From an uncultured archaeon (GTDB lineage: Archaea > Asgardarchaeota > Lokiarchaeia > Sigyniarchaeales > SOKP01): 64,000 nucleotides of DNA. The notes beneath the pieces are model-generated. The model did not search any database. It saw only the letters and a list, made by a program, of their open reading frames with translations, and was not told the DNA's origin. This document shows positions 10,451-20,239 of the stretch, piece by piece. A program made the position numbers and the translations under genes. Location of the stretch: NCBI GenBank assembly GCA_964447495.1, contig CAYUTF010000004.1, forward strand, positions 24,592 through 88,591, read 5' to 3'. How positions within the stretch are numbered: position 1 is the first letter of the stretch; every line of letters begins with the position of its first letter.

Positions 10451-10896
10451 ATTTATCTGCCTTATTATTTTTAATTTTTATTGATTTTATGATTTATATT
10501 CCAAATGGTTTTTTTAATTTTTATATGTTTATCAATAATATTATTTTTTATATGTATAATAATATCGATAAATTATAACAAATTAAAATTAAAAATATAA
10601 TATATTTCGCATTTATAAATTTTTTTAATACAAAAACTAAATTAAAGCATTACAAAAAGAAATCTATCAATTTCTTTAAAAATCTTCACTCTGTAATTAA
10701 GTATTGACATTTAATTTGTTGTTCTAATGGATGCCACATAATTTTTGAACAAAATTTGTTATAAAAAAAAAATTAATTTTGATATACAACTGATTTTTTT
10801 ATCAAAATCAAACTAGTTCAATTAAAAGATTCAAATGAATTCGCAAATTATATTAATTTAATTATTTAAGTGATTCAATTTTTATTCGATTAAAAA

Positions 10897-12336
10897 ATGG
10901 GCTTCAATCCTCGATATATTAAAGAAAATATATCTCAAATTGGTATTAAAGAAGCAAAGACTCACTTGAAAAGATGGATTAGTGATTCAAATGATCCTCA
11001 GCTTAGAAATGAAGCTTTAGAAATATATGGTGAGTTGGAACAAGGAAAAGATTATAAATTTTTAGAGGAAATTTTCTTATCGGATGAAGATATAAGTTTA
11101 AGATTATTATCAGGAAAAATATTAGGAGCTCATTATTTTCAAAACAAAAAACTCATTAAACTTCTCGAGTTTGTTCTATACTCAGCGGAAAACATAAATC
11201 AAAAATTCTTTGCATTGGATCTTTTAGCGAAATTTAATTTAAAAAAATCTCGCAACATAATTCAAGATTTTATGGAAAATGTCATAATTGAAAATTTAAA
11301 TGGAGAGGCGAGAGAAAATTTAACAAATTTACCTATTACCGAATATAATATAGACATAAACAATCAAACTTTAGAATTATGTTATAATCTCATCCTTTTT
11401 AATTACTATAAAAAAGTGTGTGGATATAACGTTACTCTAAGAGATGGATTCATCATTTTATTGAATTGTGAAGGTTCAAATTTAAGAAAAATATCTGATA
11501 TACCAGGAATAAACAAGCTTTACAAATTAGAATATCTTATGCTTAAAAGAAATAAAATATCCGAGATAGATGCTCTAGAATATTTAACAACTTTAAAATT
11601 CCTAAATTTAGCTTATAATCAAATAGAAAAGACAAAAAGTTTAGATTATTTAAGTAAATTAGAGGAACTCATATTAACTGGTAATAAAATTAAAATCGTA
11701 GAGAATTTTAAATTACCAAACCTTAAAAAGCTCTTTTTAGACAAGAATTTGATTTCTGAAATTCGAGATTTAGGAAACTCATTGAAATTGGAGCAACTAA
11801 ACTTGAGTTCAAATAATATAAGAAAAATGGTGAATCTTGCAAACTTTCAAAGGTTAAAGGCATTAAATTTATCAAATAATGATATCGAGGTCATATCCGG
11901 CCTTGAGAATCTTCATAACTTAATCTTTTTAAACTTAAATGATAATAAAATCTCTAAAATTGAAGGTTTGAATCATTTAGTCAATCTTAAATTCCTAAAT
12001 ATCTCTAATAATAATATTGCAAAGCTTCAAAATCTAGAAAATGTCCATAACCTCACACACTTAGAAATATCAAAAAATAAAATCTCTAAAATTGAAGGTT
12101 TAGATAATTTAATTAATCTTCAGGAACTTTTCCTTGATAAAAATAATATTACTAAGATCGAGGGTTTGGAAAATCTAAATAGCTTGATTATTTTGTTTTT
12201 AGAACGTAATGATATTAAAAGCTTTGATTTGAAGGATATAGAACTCTTGAAAAATTTAAATTTTATTTTCTTGAACGAAAATCCATTAGATATAGAGAGT
12301 AAGCGTAATTATGAAAAACGTACTCGATTTCCATGA
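10897..12336 (+). CDS. leucine-rich repeat protein (SDS22-like) with helical N-terminal domain
   Basis: About 12 repeats of LxxLxLxxNxIxxIEGL in the C-terminal half; HEAT-like helical N-terminus. Confidence 0.9.
   Translation: MGFNPRYIKENISQIGIKEAKTHLKRWISDSNDPQLRNEALEIYGELEQGKDYKFLEEIFLSDEDISLRLLSGKILGAHYFQNKKLIKLLEFVLYSAENINQKFFALDLLAKFNLKKSRNIIQDFMENVIIENLNGEARENLTNLPITEYNIDINNQTLELCYNLILFNYYKKVCGYNVTLRDGFIILLNCEGSNLRKISDIPGINKLYKLEYLMLKRNKISEIDALEYLTTLKFLNLAYNQIEKTKSLDYLSKLEELILTGNKIKIVENFKLPNLKKLFLDKNLISEIRDLGNSLKLEQLNLSSNNIRKMVNLANFQRLKALNLSNNDIEVISGLENLHNLIFLNLNDNKISKIEGLNHLVNLKFLNISNNNIAKLQNLENVHNLTHLEISKNKISKIEGLDNLINLQELFLDKNNITKIEGLENLNSLIILFLERNDIKSFDLKDIELLKNLNFIFLNENPLDIESKRNYEKRTRFP
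11944..12101 (+). repeat. 26-nt exact direct repeat inside the LRR array
   Basis: AATAAAATCTCTAAAATTGAAGGTTT at 11944-11969 and 12076-12101, 132 nt (two 22-aa LRR units) apart. Confidence 0.8.
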
Positions 12337-12361
12337 TGCTACCTTAATATATTAATTACGA

Positions 12362-12931
12362 TTAAACTTGATTATTAGCTAAATAATCATCAATCCATAT
12401 TTCCATTAAGATCTCATCATAATAACGAGCATTCATATAGAATTGCCTTTTTCTTACTCCCACAATTTTAAATCCCATTTTTTTGTAAAGATGGAGTGCA
12501 CGTTTATTTTCAGTAAAACTACTGAGAATAATTTTTTCTTTTTTATTAATTCTTTTTGATTCCCGAATAGCTAGATCAATTAAATGAAAACCAATGCCCA
12601 AATTTCGATAATCCGATTTTACAATAACTCCAAGCTTACCAATATGAGTGGCAGCATCCCATTCTGAATTTGATATTTCACATTGTCCAAGGATATTAAA
12701 AGGTGCTTTCATATTAGAGTTAACCGCAACGATACATATCTCATTTTCTTTTTTTAGGGAATTAAACCATGAATGTTTTTCATATTGAGATCTCACGGGG
12801 AAAAGAACTGGTAGATAAATTGCTTCATCTATAACTTCATTAAAATTACTCCAGACTCCATCAATATCAGATTCCTCGATATGTCTGATTATAATTCTTT
12901 CTCCGTTTTTTATCTCAATGATCTTTTCCAT
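12362..12931 (-). CDS. GNAT family N-acetyltransferase
   Basis: VKSDYRNLGIG motif A; NKRALHLYKKMGF motif B. Confidence 0.88.
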   Translation of the reverse strand: MEKIIEIKNGERIIIRHIEESDIDGVWSNFNEVIDEAIYLPVLFPVRSQYEKHSWFNSLKKENEICIVAVNSNMKAPFNILGQCEISNSEWDAATHIGKLGVIVKSDYRNLGIGFHLIDLAIRESKRINKKEKIILSSFTENKRALHLYKKMGFKIVGVRKRQFYMNARYYDEILMEIWIDDYLANNQV

Positions 12932-12976
12932 TATTTGAATATAAATTTTTATAATTAAATTCCTTATGGTATTATT

Positions 12977-13438
12977 ATGGATGATAAAAAAGATGATCTA
13001 CCTTCAGATCGAGAGTCAGATGAACGTGAAAAGATAAGAAATTATATCGAAGAGATGACCAAGAAAAAAAAAGCACCTGTAGCAAAAGATTTAGTGCAAC
13101 TTAAACATGTAGAGGTAAAAAAACAAAAAGTTGATCAAGAAACTTTGGATTTGGCAAAAACGCTCAAAGAGCAATATATAAAGCATGATCAATTTGAACA
13201 TCTTTCAAATGATGAACTAACGATACTCGAATCTTTTATTGGGGGTAGAATGTTTCTTTCTCGCATAGCAATTGTCGCTAATCAAAGTAGAATCCCCTTA
13301 GGAATTGAACCTTTTAGAAAAGCAGATTTAGAAAAAGTTCTAAATAGTTTGATTGCAAAAGGTTATGTTGAATTTGAACAAGTAGGAGATCAGCTCGTAT
13401 ATTTTCTTACAGAGAGAGGAAAATATCGAGTACAATAA
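12977..13438 (+). CDS. hypothetical protein with C-terminal winged-helix domain
   Basis: LEKVLNSLIAKGYV...YFLTERG wHTH pattern; charged N-terminus. Confidence 0.65.
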   Translation: MDDKKDDLPSDRESDEREKIRNYIEEMTKKKKAPVAKDLVQLKHVEVKKQKVDQETLDLAKTLKEQYIKHDQFEHLSNDELTILESFIGGRMFLSRIAIVANQSRIPLGIEPFRKADLEKVLNSLIAKGYVEFEQVGDQLVYFLTERGKYRVQ

Positions 13439-13451
13439 AAAAGAGGTTGTT

Positions 13452-13754
13452 TTAGTCTTTTTTGAGAATTAATTTACTAATAGGTATATCTTGGAACTCT
13501 CCGCTTGGGAATTCTCTCCTAATAGTTAACGGTAAAATCCCTGCTCTTAACTCTATAAGTGCTATTTTAATAGGATCTATCATGTCTCTAGGTTTATCAA
13601 CCAATATAGGAGCACCGTAACTTAATTGTAATGCTCTCGCTCCGGTAATTCTAGCTTTTTCATAACGAGTTAGAAAAATTGAACCAATTTTAACATAGTC
13701 TCTAACTTCTTTATATTTTTTTCTTAGTTCACGAGACTCTAAAAAAGAAGACAT
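13452..13754 (-). CDS. rpoK: DNA-directed RNA polymerase subunit K (Rpo6/RPB6)
   Basis: [35 protein letters not shown]; ATG at 13754 preferred over TTG at 13766. Confidence 0.95.
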   Translation of the reverse strand: MSSFLESRELRKKYKEVRDYVKIGSIFLTRYEKARITGARALQLSYGAPILVDKPRDMIDPIKIALIELRAGILPLTIRREFPSGEFQDIPISKLILKKD

Positions 13755-13865
13755 AGCTTGTACCAAAAATTAGTGATTATAATGTGAAATGTATAATAAA
13801 ATAAAACTTTTATGATTCTTACCATGGTTTAAGGGAATAAAGATTTTATACTTATAAAAATTTAA

Positions 13866-13938
13866 TGCGCAAGGGGGGATTCGAACCCCCGAGCTACACG
13901 GTGTGAGCGTGTCGTTATAGCCACTAAACCACTCGCGC
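13866..13938 (-). tRNA. tRNA-Val (anticodon CAC)
   Basis: Minus strand: acceptor GCGCGAG/CTTGCGC, anticodon stem ACACG/CGTGT with loop CT-CAC-AC, T arm GGGGG-TTCGAAT-CCCCC, discriminator A; CCA not encoded. Confidence 0.93.
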
Positions 13939-14096
13939 GAATAACAATAGGACTTTATTTAATAATAAATAGGACTTAAAATTATATTATTAAAAAGTTA
14001 TTAATAGAATTTAAGAGATTCCATTGACTCATTAACTTTATAATATTTAATATTTAGAAAATCATAAAAATTAATAGAGATAATTTTTTAACATTT

Positions 14097-16430
14097 ATGG
14101 TCGCAAAGGAAGCAGGTTATATCTCTCATCCCCTAATCAAGGAAAATTTGGTATTAAGACGTGCATATCAGGAAAAAATTTTTATAAATTGTTTAAAACA
14201 TAATTGTCTAGTTGTAATTCCTACTGGATTAGGAAAAACTGTCATTGCTTTAATGTTAGCAGTACAAAAACTATCAGAAAACCCTAATTCGAAAGTTATT
14301 TTTTTAGCGCCAACTAAACCATTAGTTGAGCAACATTATAACTCATTTGTTGATTTAACAACAATCCCAATCGAAAATTTAAAATCAATAACAGGTACAA
14401 CCGCACCGGAAAAGCGTAAGGAAATCTGGAAAGAGATTAAAGTAGCCTTTATGACGCCTCAAGTTCTACAAAATGATATTATATCTCAACTTTATCCAAT
14501 TGATGATGTGCGTTTAATCATATTTGATGAATGCCATAGAGCAACAGGGGATTATGCTTATGGCTTTATTGCTCAAAAATACATTGAGTCTGTGAGAAAT
14601 GCTCAAATATTAGGATTGACAGCAAGCCCTGGCTCTACAGAAGAAAAGATTAGCGAAATCAAAAATAATTTATATATAGACCATATAGAAATTCGTACTG
14701 AGACAGATATAGACGTAAAACCGTATATTCACCAAGTAGATAATGAATGGATTAAAATCAAACTTCCTCTGGAATTTATTGAAATAAATCAAATTTTGAA
14801 GGAGAAATTAAAAGCAATTTATAATTGGCTAAAGGAAATTGAACTTTTAGGAACATCAGATATTAATAAAGTAACAAGGAAAGCCCTACTCTCACTTAAT
14901 AGAATTATTAATAATAAAATTTCCTCGTCCTTAAATGAAAATGAAAAATTTCAATTATTTAAAGCGAAAAAATTAGTCTCTAATGCAATTAGACTCTCTC
15001 ATATGGGAGAATTAATCGAGACTCAGGGGATCAACGCATTAAGTGATTATATTCATAAGAATCAAGAAAAAATAAAAAAAAATACTGCCAATAAATCTCT
15101 AAAAGAGTTATTTAGTGATGGTGATTTTAAACGTCTCATTAATTTAAGTGACTCTACTAAAGCCAATGGGATTGTTCACCCCAAACTTGAAAAATTAAAA
15201 TCCCTATTACATACGCAGATAATACAAAATGCAGAGTCAAGGATATTAGTATTTTGCCATTTTAGAGATTCGGTTAATAATATTGTTAAGTATCTCAAAA
15301 GCGATGAGGTAATAAAGGTACATCGCTTTGTTGGACAACAATCAAAATCTTCTGATAAAGGATTGACTCAAAAAGAACAAATACAATTATTGGAGGATTT
15401 TAAAGAAGGAATCTATAATACTCTTATTGGTACAAGTGTGGCTGAAGAGGGATTAGATATTGCTGAATGTGATTTGGTAGTGTTTTACGATGTAGTACCA
15501 AGCGCAATTCGTTCAATTCAGCGTCGAGGGCGTACAGGAAGAAGAAAAGAGGGTAAAGTGTATATCCTAATGGCGGAGGGAACAAGAGATGAGGGATATT
15601 ACTGGGGAGAAAAGAGGAAAGAAAAGAATATGAAAGATTCTCTTAAAAGGATAAAGGATAAAGAGGATCCTACTAAGAAAGGACAAGCTAATCTATTGGA
15701 TTTCATAAAAAAAGAAAAGAAAAATGAATCCAAATCCAAACCTAATGTTTTGTCTATTGATAAGGAACAGATTAATGAAGCTGAGTCTCTTACAATAATA
15801 TGTGATCACCGAGAAACTGCCTCCCCAGTAGTTCGTAATTTATCTATTATTGGTGTAAAGCTCAAATTAGAGCAACTTGAAATAGGTGATTATATTATAT
15901 CAGACAGGGTTGGAATTGAGAGAAAATCAGCACAAGATTTTAATGATTCGATTAAGGATGGAAGATTATTTAAAGAACTATTTGATTTAAAGAATAATTT
16001 CGAAAGAGCCATTTTAATATTAGAGGGAGATCCTTTCCTCAATTCAAACTTAAAAGAAAATGCTCTTTATGGAGCTATAACATCAATAATATTAAATTTA
16101 GGAATCAATTTGTATAAAACTAAGGATCCCGATGAATCTGCTGAATTTCTATATAACTTGGCAAAAAAAGAAAACTCAATTTCAAAAGGAGAGCCAAAAT
16201 TAAGATTTGATAAAAAACCTATCGAAATTTCACATCTGTTAGAATACATTGTAGCAGGTATTCCGGGTATAAATGCTCTTCGTGCTAAAAACTTGTTAAA
16301 AGAATTAAAAACGCTCCAAGAGATATTTAATGCGGATATTGGAGATTTGTTGAAAATCGAAAATATCGGAAAAAAAATAGCTCAAGAAATTTATAAAATT
16401 AGTAGATATAAATATAAAGAAGATTCATAA
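14097..16430 (+). CDS. hef: Hef (FANCM/XPF-like) SF2 helicase-ERCC4 nuclease
   Basis: PTGLGKT, DECH, TASPG, EEGLDI, QRRGRTGR; ERCC4 GDY...ERKSAQDF; C-terminal HhH; linker PIP-like QANLLDF. Confidence 0.93.
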   Translation: MVAKEAGYISHPLIKENLVLRRAYQEKIFINCLKHNCLVVIPTGLGKTVIALMLAVQKLSENPNSKVIFLAPTKPLVEQHYNSFVDLTTIPIENLKSITGTTAPEKRKEIWKEIKVAFMTPQVLQNDIISQLYPIDDVRLIIFDECHRATGDYAYGFIAQKYIESVRNAQILGLTASPGSTEEKISEIKNNLYIDHIEIRTETDIDVKPYIHQVDNEWIKIKLPLEFIEINQILKEKLKAIYNWLKEIELLGTSDINKVTRKALLSLNRIINNKISSSLNENEKFQLFKAKKLVSNAIRLSHMGELIETQGINALSDYIHKNQEKIKKNTANKSLKELFSDGDFKRLINLSDSTKANGIVHPKLEKLKSLLHTQIIQNAESRILVFCHFRDSVNNIVKYLKSDEVIKVHRFVGQQSKSSDKGLTQKEQIQLLEDFKEGIYNTLIGTSVAEEGLDIAECDLVVFYDVVPSAIRSIQRRGRTGRRKEGKVYILMAEGTRDEGYYWGEKRKEKNMKDSLKRIKDKEDPTKKGQANLLDFIKKEKKNESKSKPNVLSIDKEQINEAESLTIICDHRETASPVVRNLSIIGVKLKLEQLEIGDYIISDRVGIERKSAQDFNDSIKDGRLFKELFDLKNNFERAILILEGDPFLNSNLKENALYGAITSIILNLGINLYKTKDPDESAEFLYNLAKKENSISKGEPKLRFDKKPIEISHLLEYIVAGIPGINALRAKNLLKELKTLQEIFNADIGDLLKIENIGKKIAQEIYKISRYKYKEDS

Positions 16431-16547
16431 TTATTATTCAATTAAAAATCATAAATTATATTTTTATTGGTAAATCTGATATTATATAATAGCAAATATT
16501 TTTAAAATTAATTTAAAAATTATGCTAAAATTACGATTTTATAATAA

Positions 16548-17150
16548 TTGGTGGTAAATATAATCAAATTCAAAGTCGTGGTTGCCGGAGCAAAAAATGT
16601 AGGCAAAACATCCTTAATTAGGCGCTACGCAACAGGGAAGTTTGATAAGTCGACTCTATCAACGATAGGAGTAGATTTCGAGACTAAAAAGGTCGTTGTA
16701 GATGATACAGAAGTATTACTTAACATTTGGGATTTTGCTGGAGAACGTAAATTCCGTTTGCTATTACCTTCCTATGTTTCAGGTGCTTCAGGGGCATTGA
16801 TACTATACGACATAACTAACAAAGATTCATTGGAAGATCTTCATAATTGGATGAATGTTATCTCTTCAGTACCTAATAGTCCTAAAACCAAAATATTAAT
16901 TGAGGCAAAAATCGATTTAGAAGATCAAAGAGAAATTACGGCTGAACAAGGTAAAGAAGTTTATAATATGTATGACTTCAAGGGTGAAATCATAGGAACT
17001 TCATCAAAAACAGGAGAAAATGTCGAGAAAGTTTTTGAAATGCTCGGAAGAGAAATTCTTAATAATTCATTAAAGAAATGTTCCAACTGTGGGAAACATT
17101 ATCCTCTTGAATTAAAATTCTGCCAATTTTGTGGAAATCGTACTAAATAA
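16548..17150 (+). CDS. Rab-like small GTPase with C-terminal Zn ribbon
   Basis: GAKNVGKTS, TIGVDF, WDFAGE, LYDIT, AKID, TSSK; tail CSNCG...CQFCG. Confidence 0.9.
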   Translation: MVVNIIKFKVVVAGAKNVGKTSLIRRYATGKFDKSTLSTIGVDFETKKVVVDDTEVLLNIWDFAGERKFRLLLPSYVSGASGALILYDITNKDSLEDLHNWMNVISSVPNSPKTKILIEAKIDLEDQREITAEQGKEVYNMYDFKGEIIGTSSKTGENVEKVFEMLGREILNNSLKKCSNCGKHYPLELKFCQFCGNRTK

Positions 17151-17297
17151 TTTGATAACATTTTCATTTCTTTCTTAATTCTTCAACCTTGCTCTTATAT
17201 TATGATTCATTTCTTTAAAATACAAAAATCTTAAAGAAAATACTAAATTAAAATTAAATTAAAGTTAAATTTTATTTTTACGTGAAGGTTTTTTAAA

Positions 17298-18365
17298 TTG
17301 AATTATGATATTAACCAAGATATAAAGGAAATTTCTAATCGTTTATCTAAAGATGGAATAACGTTTAAAGATAAAACAATTCTTGTTTCTGGTGGAGCCG
17401 GGTTCTTAGGGTCATGGGTGTGTGACGTTTTAGTAAGTCAAGGTGCTGAAGTTATTTGTTTAGATAATCTCTCCTCTGGAAGAGCAGTTAATATTTCACA
17501 TTTAATGAATAAAGACAATTTTCGATTTATTAATCATGACATCTCAAAACCAATATATTTTGGTTTTAGTTATCATCCAAATGGAATTTCTATCGGAGAT
17601 ATTAAAAAAATAGATTTTGTTATGCATATGGCAAGTAGAGCATCTCCATTTGAGTTTGAAAGATACCCAATTTCAATCTTAAAAAGTAATACATTCGGAA
17701 CTATGAATATGTTAGGAATAGCAAAGACACATAGTGCTGTATTTTTTTATACTAGCACATCAGAAACGTATGGTAATCCCCCAGATGACGCAATTCCAAC
17801 CCCAGAAATATACTTTGGAAATGTAAACCCCACAGGACCAAGAAGTTGTTATGATGAATCAAAAAGAGCGGGTGAAGCTTTTGTAAAAGCTTATGAACTC
17901 GAACATGATATAAAAGCTAAAATAGTTAGAATTTTTAATACATCAGGCCCGAGAATACGGCATGGACCTCATTTTGGAAGAGTTGTGCCAAATTTCATCC
18001 ATCAAGCATTAAATAATGAAGATATTACTATTTTTGGTGATGGGTCACAAACTCGATCTTTTATTTATATTGTAGATGAAATTGAAGGGATTTTAAAAAT
18101 CGTATATAAGGATGAAGCAACTGGTGAAGTTATTAATTTAGGAAATAACATTGAATACACTATTATAGAATTAGCCAAAATCATAATAAAGTTAACAGAG
18201 TCTAATTCAAAGATGATATTTAAACCGTTACCTGTTGATGATCCTATAAGAAGATGTCCAGATATCTCAAAAGCAAAAAGATTATTGAATTGGGAACCTA
18301 CTACTCCTTTAGAGGAAGGTCTAAGAAAAACTATTGCTTGGTTTAAAGAATATGAAGGGAAATAA
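17298..18365 (+). CDS. UDP-glucuronate decarboxylase-like NAD-dependent epimerase/dehydratase
   Basis: GGAGFLG, STSETYG, GPRSCYDESKR (YxxxK), GDGSQTRSF, DDPIRRCPDI. Confidence 0.9.
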   Translation: MNYDINQDIKEISNRLSKDGITFKDKTILVSGGAGFLGSWVCDVLVSQGAEVICLDNLSSGRAVNISHLMNKDNFRFINHDISKPIYFGFSYHPNGISIGDIKKIDFVMHMASRASPFEFERYPISILKSNTFGTMNMLGIAKTHSAVFFYTSTSETYGNPPDDAIPTPEIYFGNVNPTGPRSCYDESKRAGEAFVKAYELEHDIKAKIVRIFNTSGPRIRHGPHFGRVVPNFIHQALNNEDITIFGDGSQTRSFIYIVDEIEGILKIVYKDEATGEVINLGNNIEYTIIELAKIIIKLTESNSKMIFKPLPVDDPIRRCPDISKAKRLLNWEPTTPLEEGLRKTIAWFKEYEGK

Positions 18366-18873
18366 TCACATATCAGAAAGTAAAGAAATACGGGAAAACC
18401 GTAAAATATTTGAAAAACTCGTCAAAATTTCTTTATTAATAGGGATATGTGTAGTTTCAGGGTTTATCATTTATTATGCATTGACTCCCGAACCGGGATA
18501 TGTTTATTTTGCTGTATTGGAGGATGGTGAAGAATTAGAAAATTACACAAAAGTAGCAAAAGTAGGAGAACCTATCAATTTTTCTGTTATTGTAGGTAAT
18601 TATTTGAATCATGATTATAGATTTCGAGTAAAAATATTGAAAGGAAATAATAACACAATTTTATACCCAGGCCCTTCAAATGGGACATTATATCGCACAT
18701 TGGAGAACACAACACTAGCTCATAATACAGTTTGGGTTTCTGATATTGTGAACGTGACTTTTAGTCAAACTGGTTCAAATCAGTTAATAATTATTGAGTT
18801 ATGGAATATAAAATCTGAAGTTGAATATTTTTTTAATATTCTCTTACTCAAGTTAAATATCACTCTTAGCTAA
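18352..18873 (+). CDS. membrane-anchored DUF1616-like protein
   Basis: One N-terminal TM helix then an Ig-like beta domain (ENY...VGEPINFSVIVGN) with several NxS/T sequons; ATG at 18352. Confidence 0.65.
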   Translation: MKGNNHISESKEIRENRKIFEKLVKISLLIGICVVSGFIIYYALTPEPGYVYFAVLEDGEELENYTKVAKVGEPINFSVIVGNYLNHDYRFRVKILKGNNNTILYPGPSNGTLYRTLENTTLAHNTVWVSDIVNVTFSQTGSNQLIIIELWNIKSEVEYFFNILLLKLNITLS

Positions 18874-20239
18874 CACTACCAATGATCTGAACCTCACTTA
18901 TTTTTACATACGGTGCTTGAAGTGAGCCGTATATCTTAAATTCTTTAGAAATCGCTTCAATTTTTTTAAATAAATCTAAAAGATTTACTGCCAACATTGT
19001 TTCATTGAGTGGTTCTTTCATTTCTCCATTTTTTATGACATTTCCTTGTAAAATTAATCCAGAAAAATCTCCTGTTGTTAAGTTTGGTCTATCACCAGTA
19101 TAATTTAGAAGAATTCCTTCTTTTGTATCATTAAAAAGTTCATCCTTACTAATATTCCCTGGTTTTAAGAGAAAATTAGAAATTCCAATTTTGGGAATAG
19201 AGCTATATGAGGATCGAGCAGCATTACCAGTACTTTCAACTCCTTCTTTACTAGCAGTATAAAAATTATGAAGTAATCCCTGTTTCTGAAAAACACCATT
19301 TATTATAATTTGTTTATTGCGACAAGGAATACCTTCTGCATCGAATATTGATGATCCTACAGCTCCATCATAGAGAGCATTATCATCAATATTGAGTTTT
19401 TCTGTACCTATAGTTTCTCCACGTAAACCAACAAGAAAACTCCTGTTATATTGGAAAGATTCCGCATTTATCGCTGCAGCTAATGGCTTTAATATAATAT
19501 TAATTGTCCCTTGAGGTGTTAGAATCAAGGGTACTTTCATTTTTTTAATCTTTTTCCTATTTAAATTTACCTTTGCATTGTTAAGAGCTATTTTAGCCAC
19601 ATTTATTGCATCAATATTCTTTAACTCTCTTTCAGTTTGATATTCAAATCCAAATGAAGTATCATTAGTTATTTTGTCCTTTACAATCATATTTGAGGAT
19701 ATTGAGCATAAAGATTCTTTGGAATAAGCTTCTAATCCATTAGAATTGAATATAAATGTTTTTGAAAAACTCACTGAAAAATTTCCAGATTGTGATATTG
19801 CCATATCATCGTTGTTGCATATGCTAATTATGTCATTTATATAGTTTGTAGTATCTTCTATTGTTAAGTTTCTTATTTTCTTATCATAGAGTAAATTAAC
19901 TTTAGGATATGTACTAGGAGGTGGAATATCCTTAAACTCAGGATCAGGTGTTCCAGAGCTCATCATTTTTAAAGCATTATCAATGATTTTTCGAATGATT
20001 TTTTTTTCTATTCTATTAGCAAAAGAAAAACCTAAAGCCCCACGATTATCAAAAACTCTTACAGAAAATCCATTATCAAATCCAATTTCATTATTTTTTA
20101 TTGAATTCTCTTCAATTTCAACACTAATATCTTTATTTAAAGAAAAATAAATTTCTATGCCCTTGAGTTTAGAATCAGTCTTATTTGCATAATTCAATCC
20201 AAATCTTGCTAAACTATAGATATCAGGTTTGGTCTCCAT
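18866..20239 (-). CDS. pmbA: PmbA/TldE family protein
   Basis: FDAEG, STGNA, TTGDFSG; paired with tldD. Confidence 0.88.
   Translation of the reverse strand: METKPDIYSLARFGLNYANKTDSKLKGIEIYFSLNKDISVEIEENSIKNNEIGFDNGFSVRVFDNRGALGFSFANRIEKKIIRKIIDNALKMMSSGTPDPEFKDIPPPSTYPKVNLLYDKKIRNLTIEDTTNYINDIISICNNDDMAISQSGNFSVSFSKTFIFNSNGLEAYSKESLCSISSNMIVKDKITNDTSFGFEYQTERELKNIDAINVAKIALNNAKVNLNRKKIKKMKVPLILTPQGTINIILKPLAAAINAESFQYNRSFLVGLRGETIGTEKLNIDDNALYDGAVGSSIFDAEGIPCRNKQIIINGVFQKQGLLHNFYTASKEGVESTGNAARSSYSSIPKIGISNFLLKPGNISKDELFNDTKEGILLNYTGDRPNLTTGDFSGLILQGNVIKNGEMKEPLNETMLAVNLLDLFKKIEAISKEFKIYGSLQAPYVKISEVQIIGSVS

Noticed and set aside
12977-13438. Possible ESCRT-II (Vps22/25/36) winged-helix subunit
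   Set aside because: Only a generic wHTH pattern and no ESCRT neighbours.
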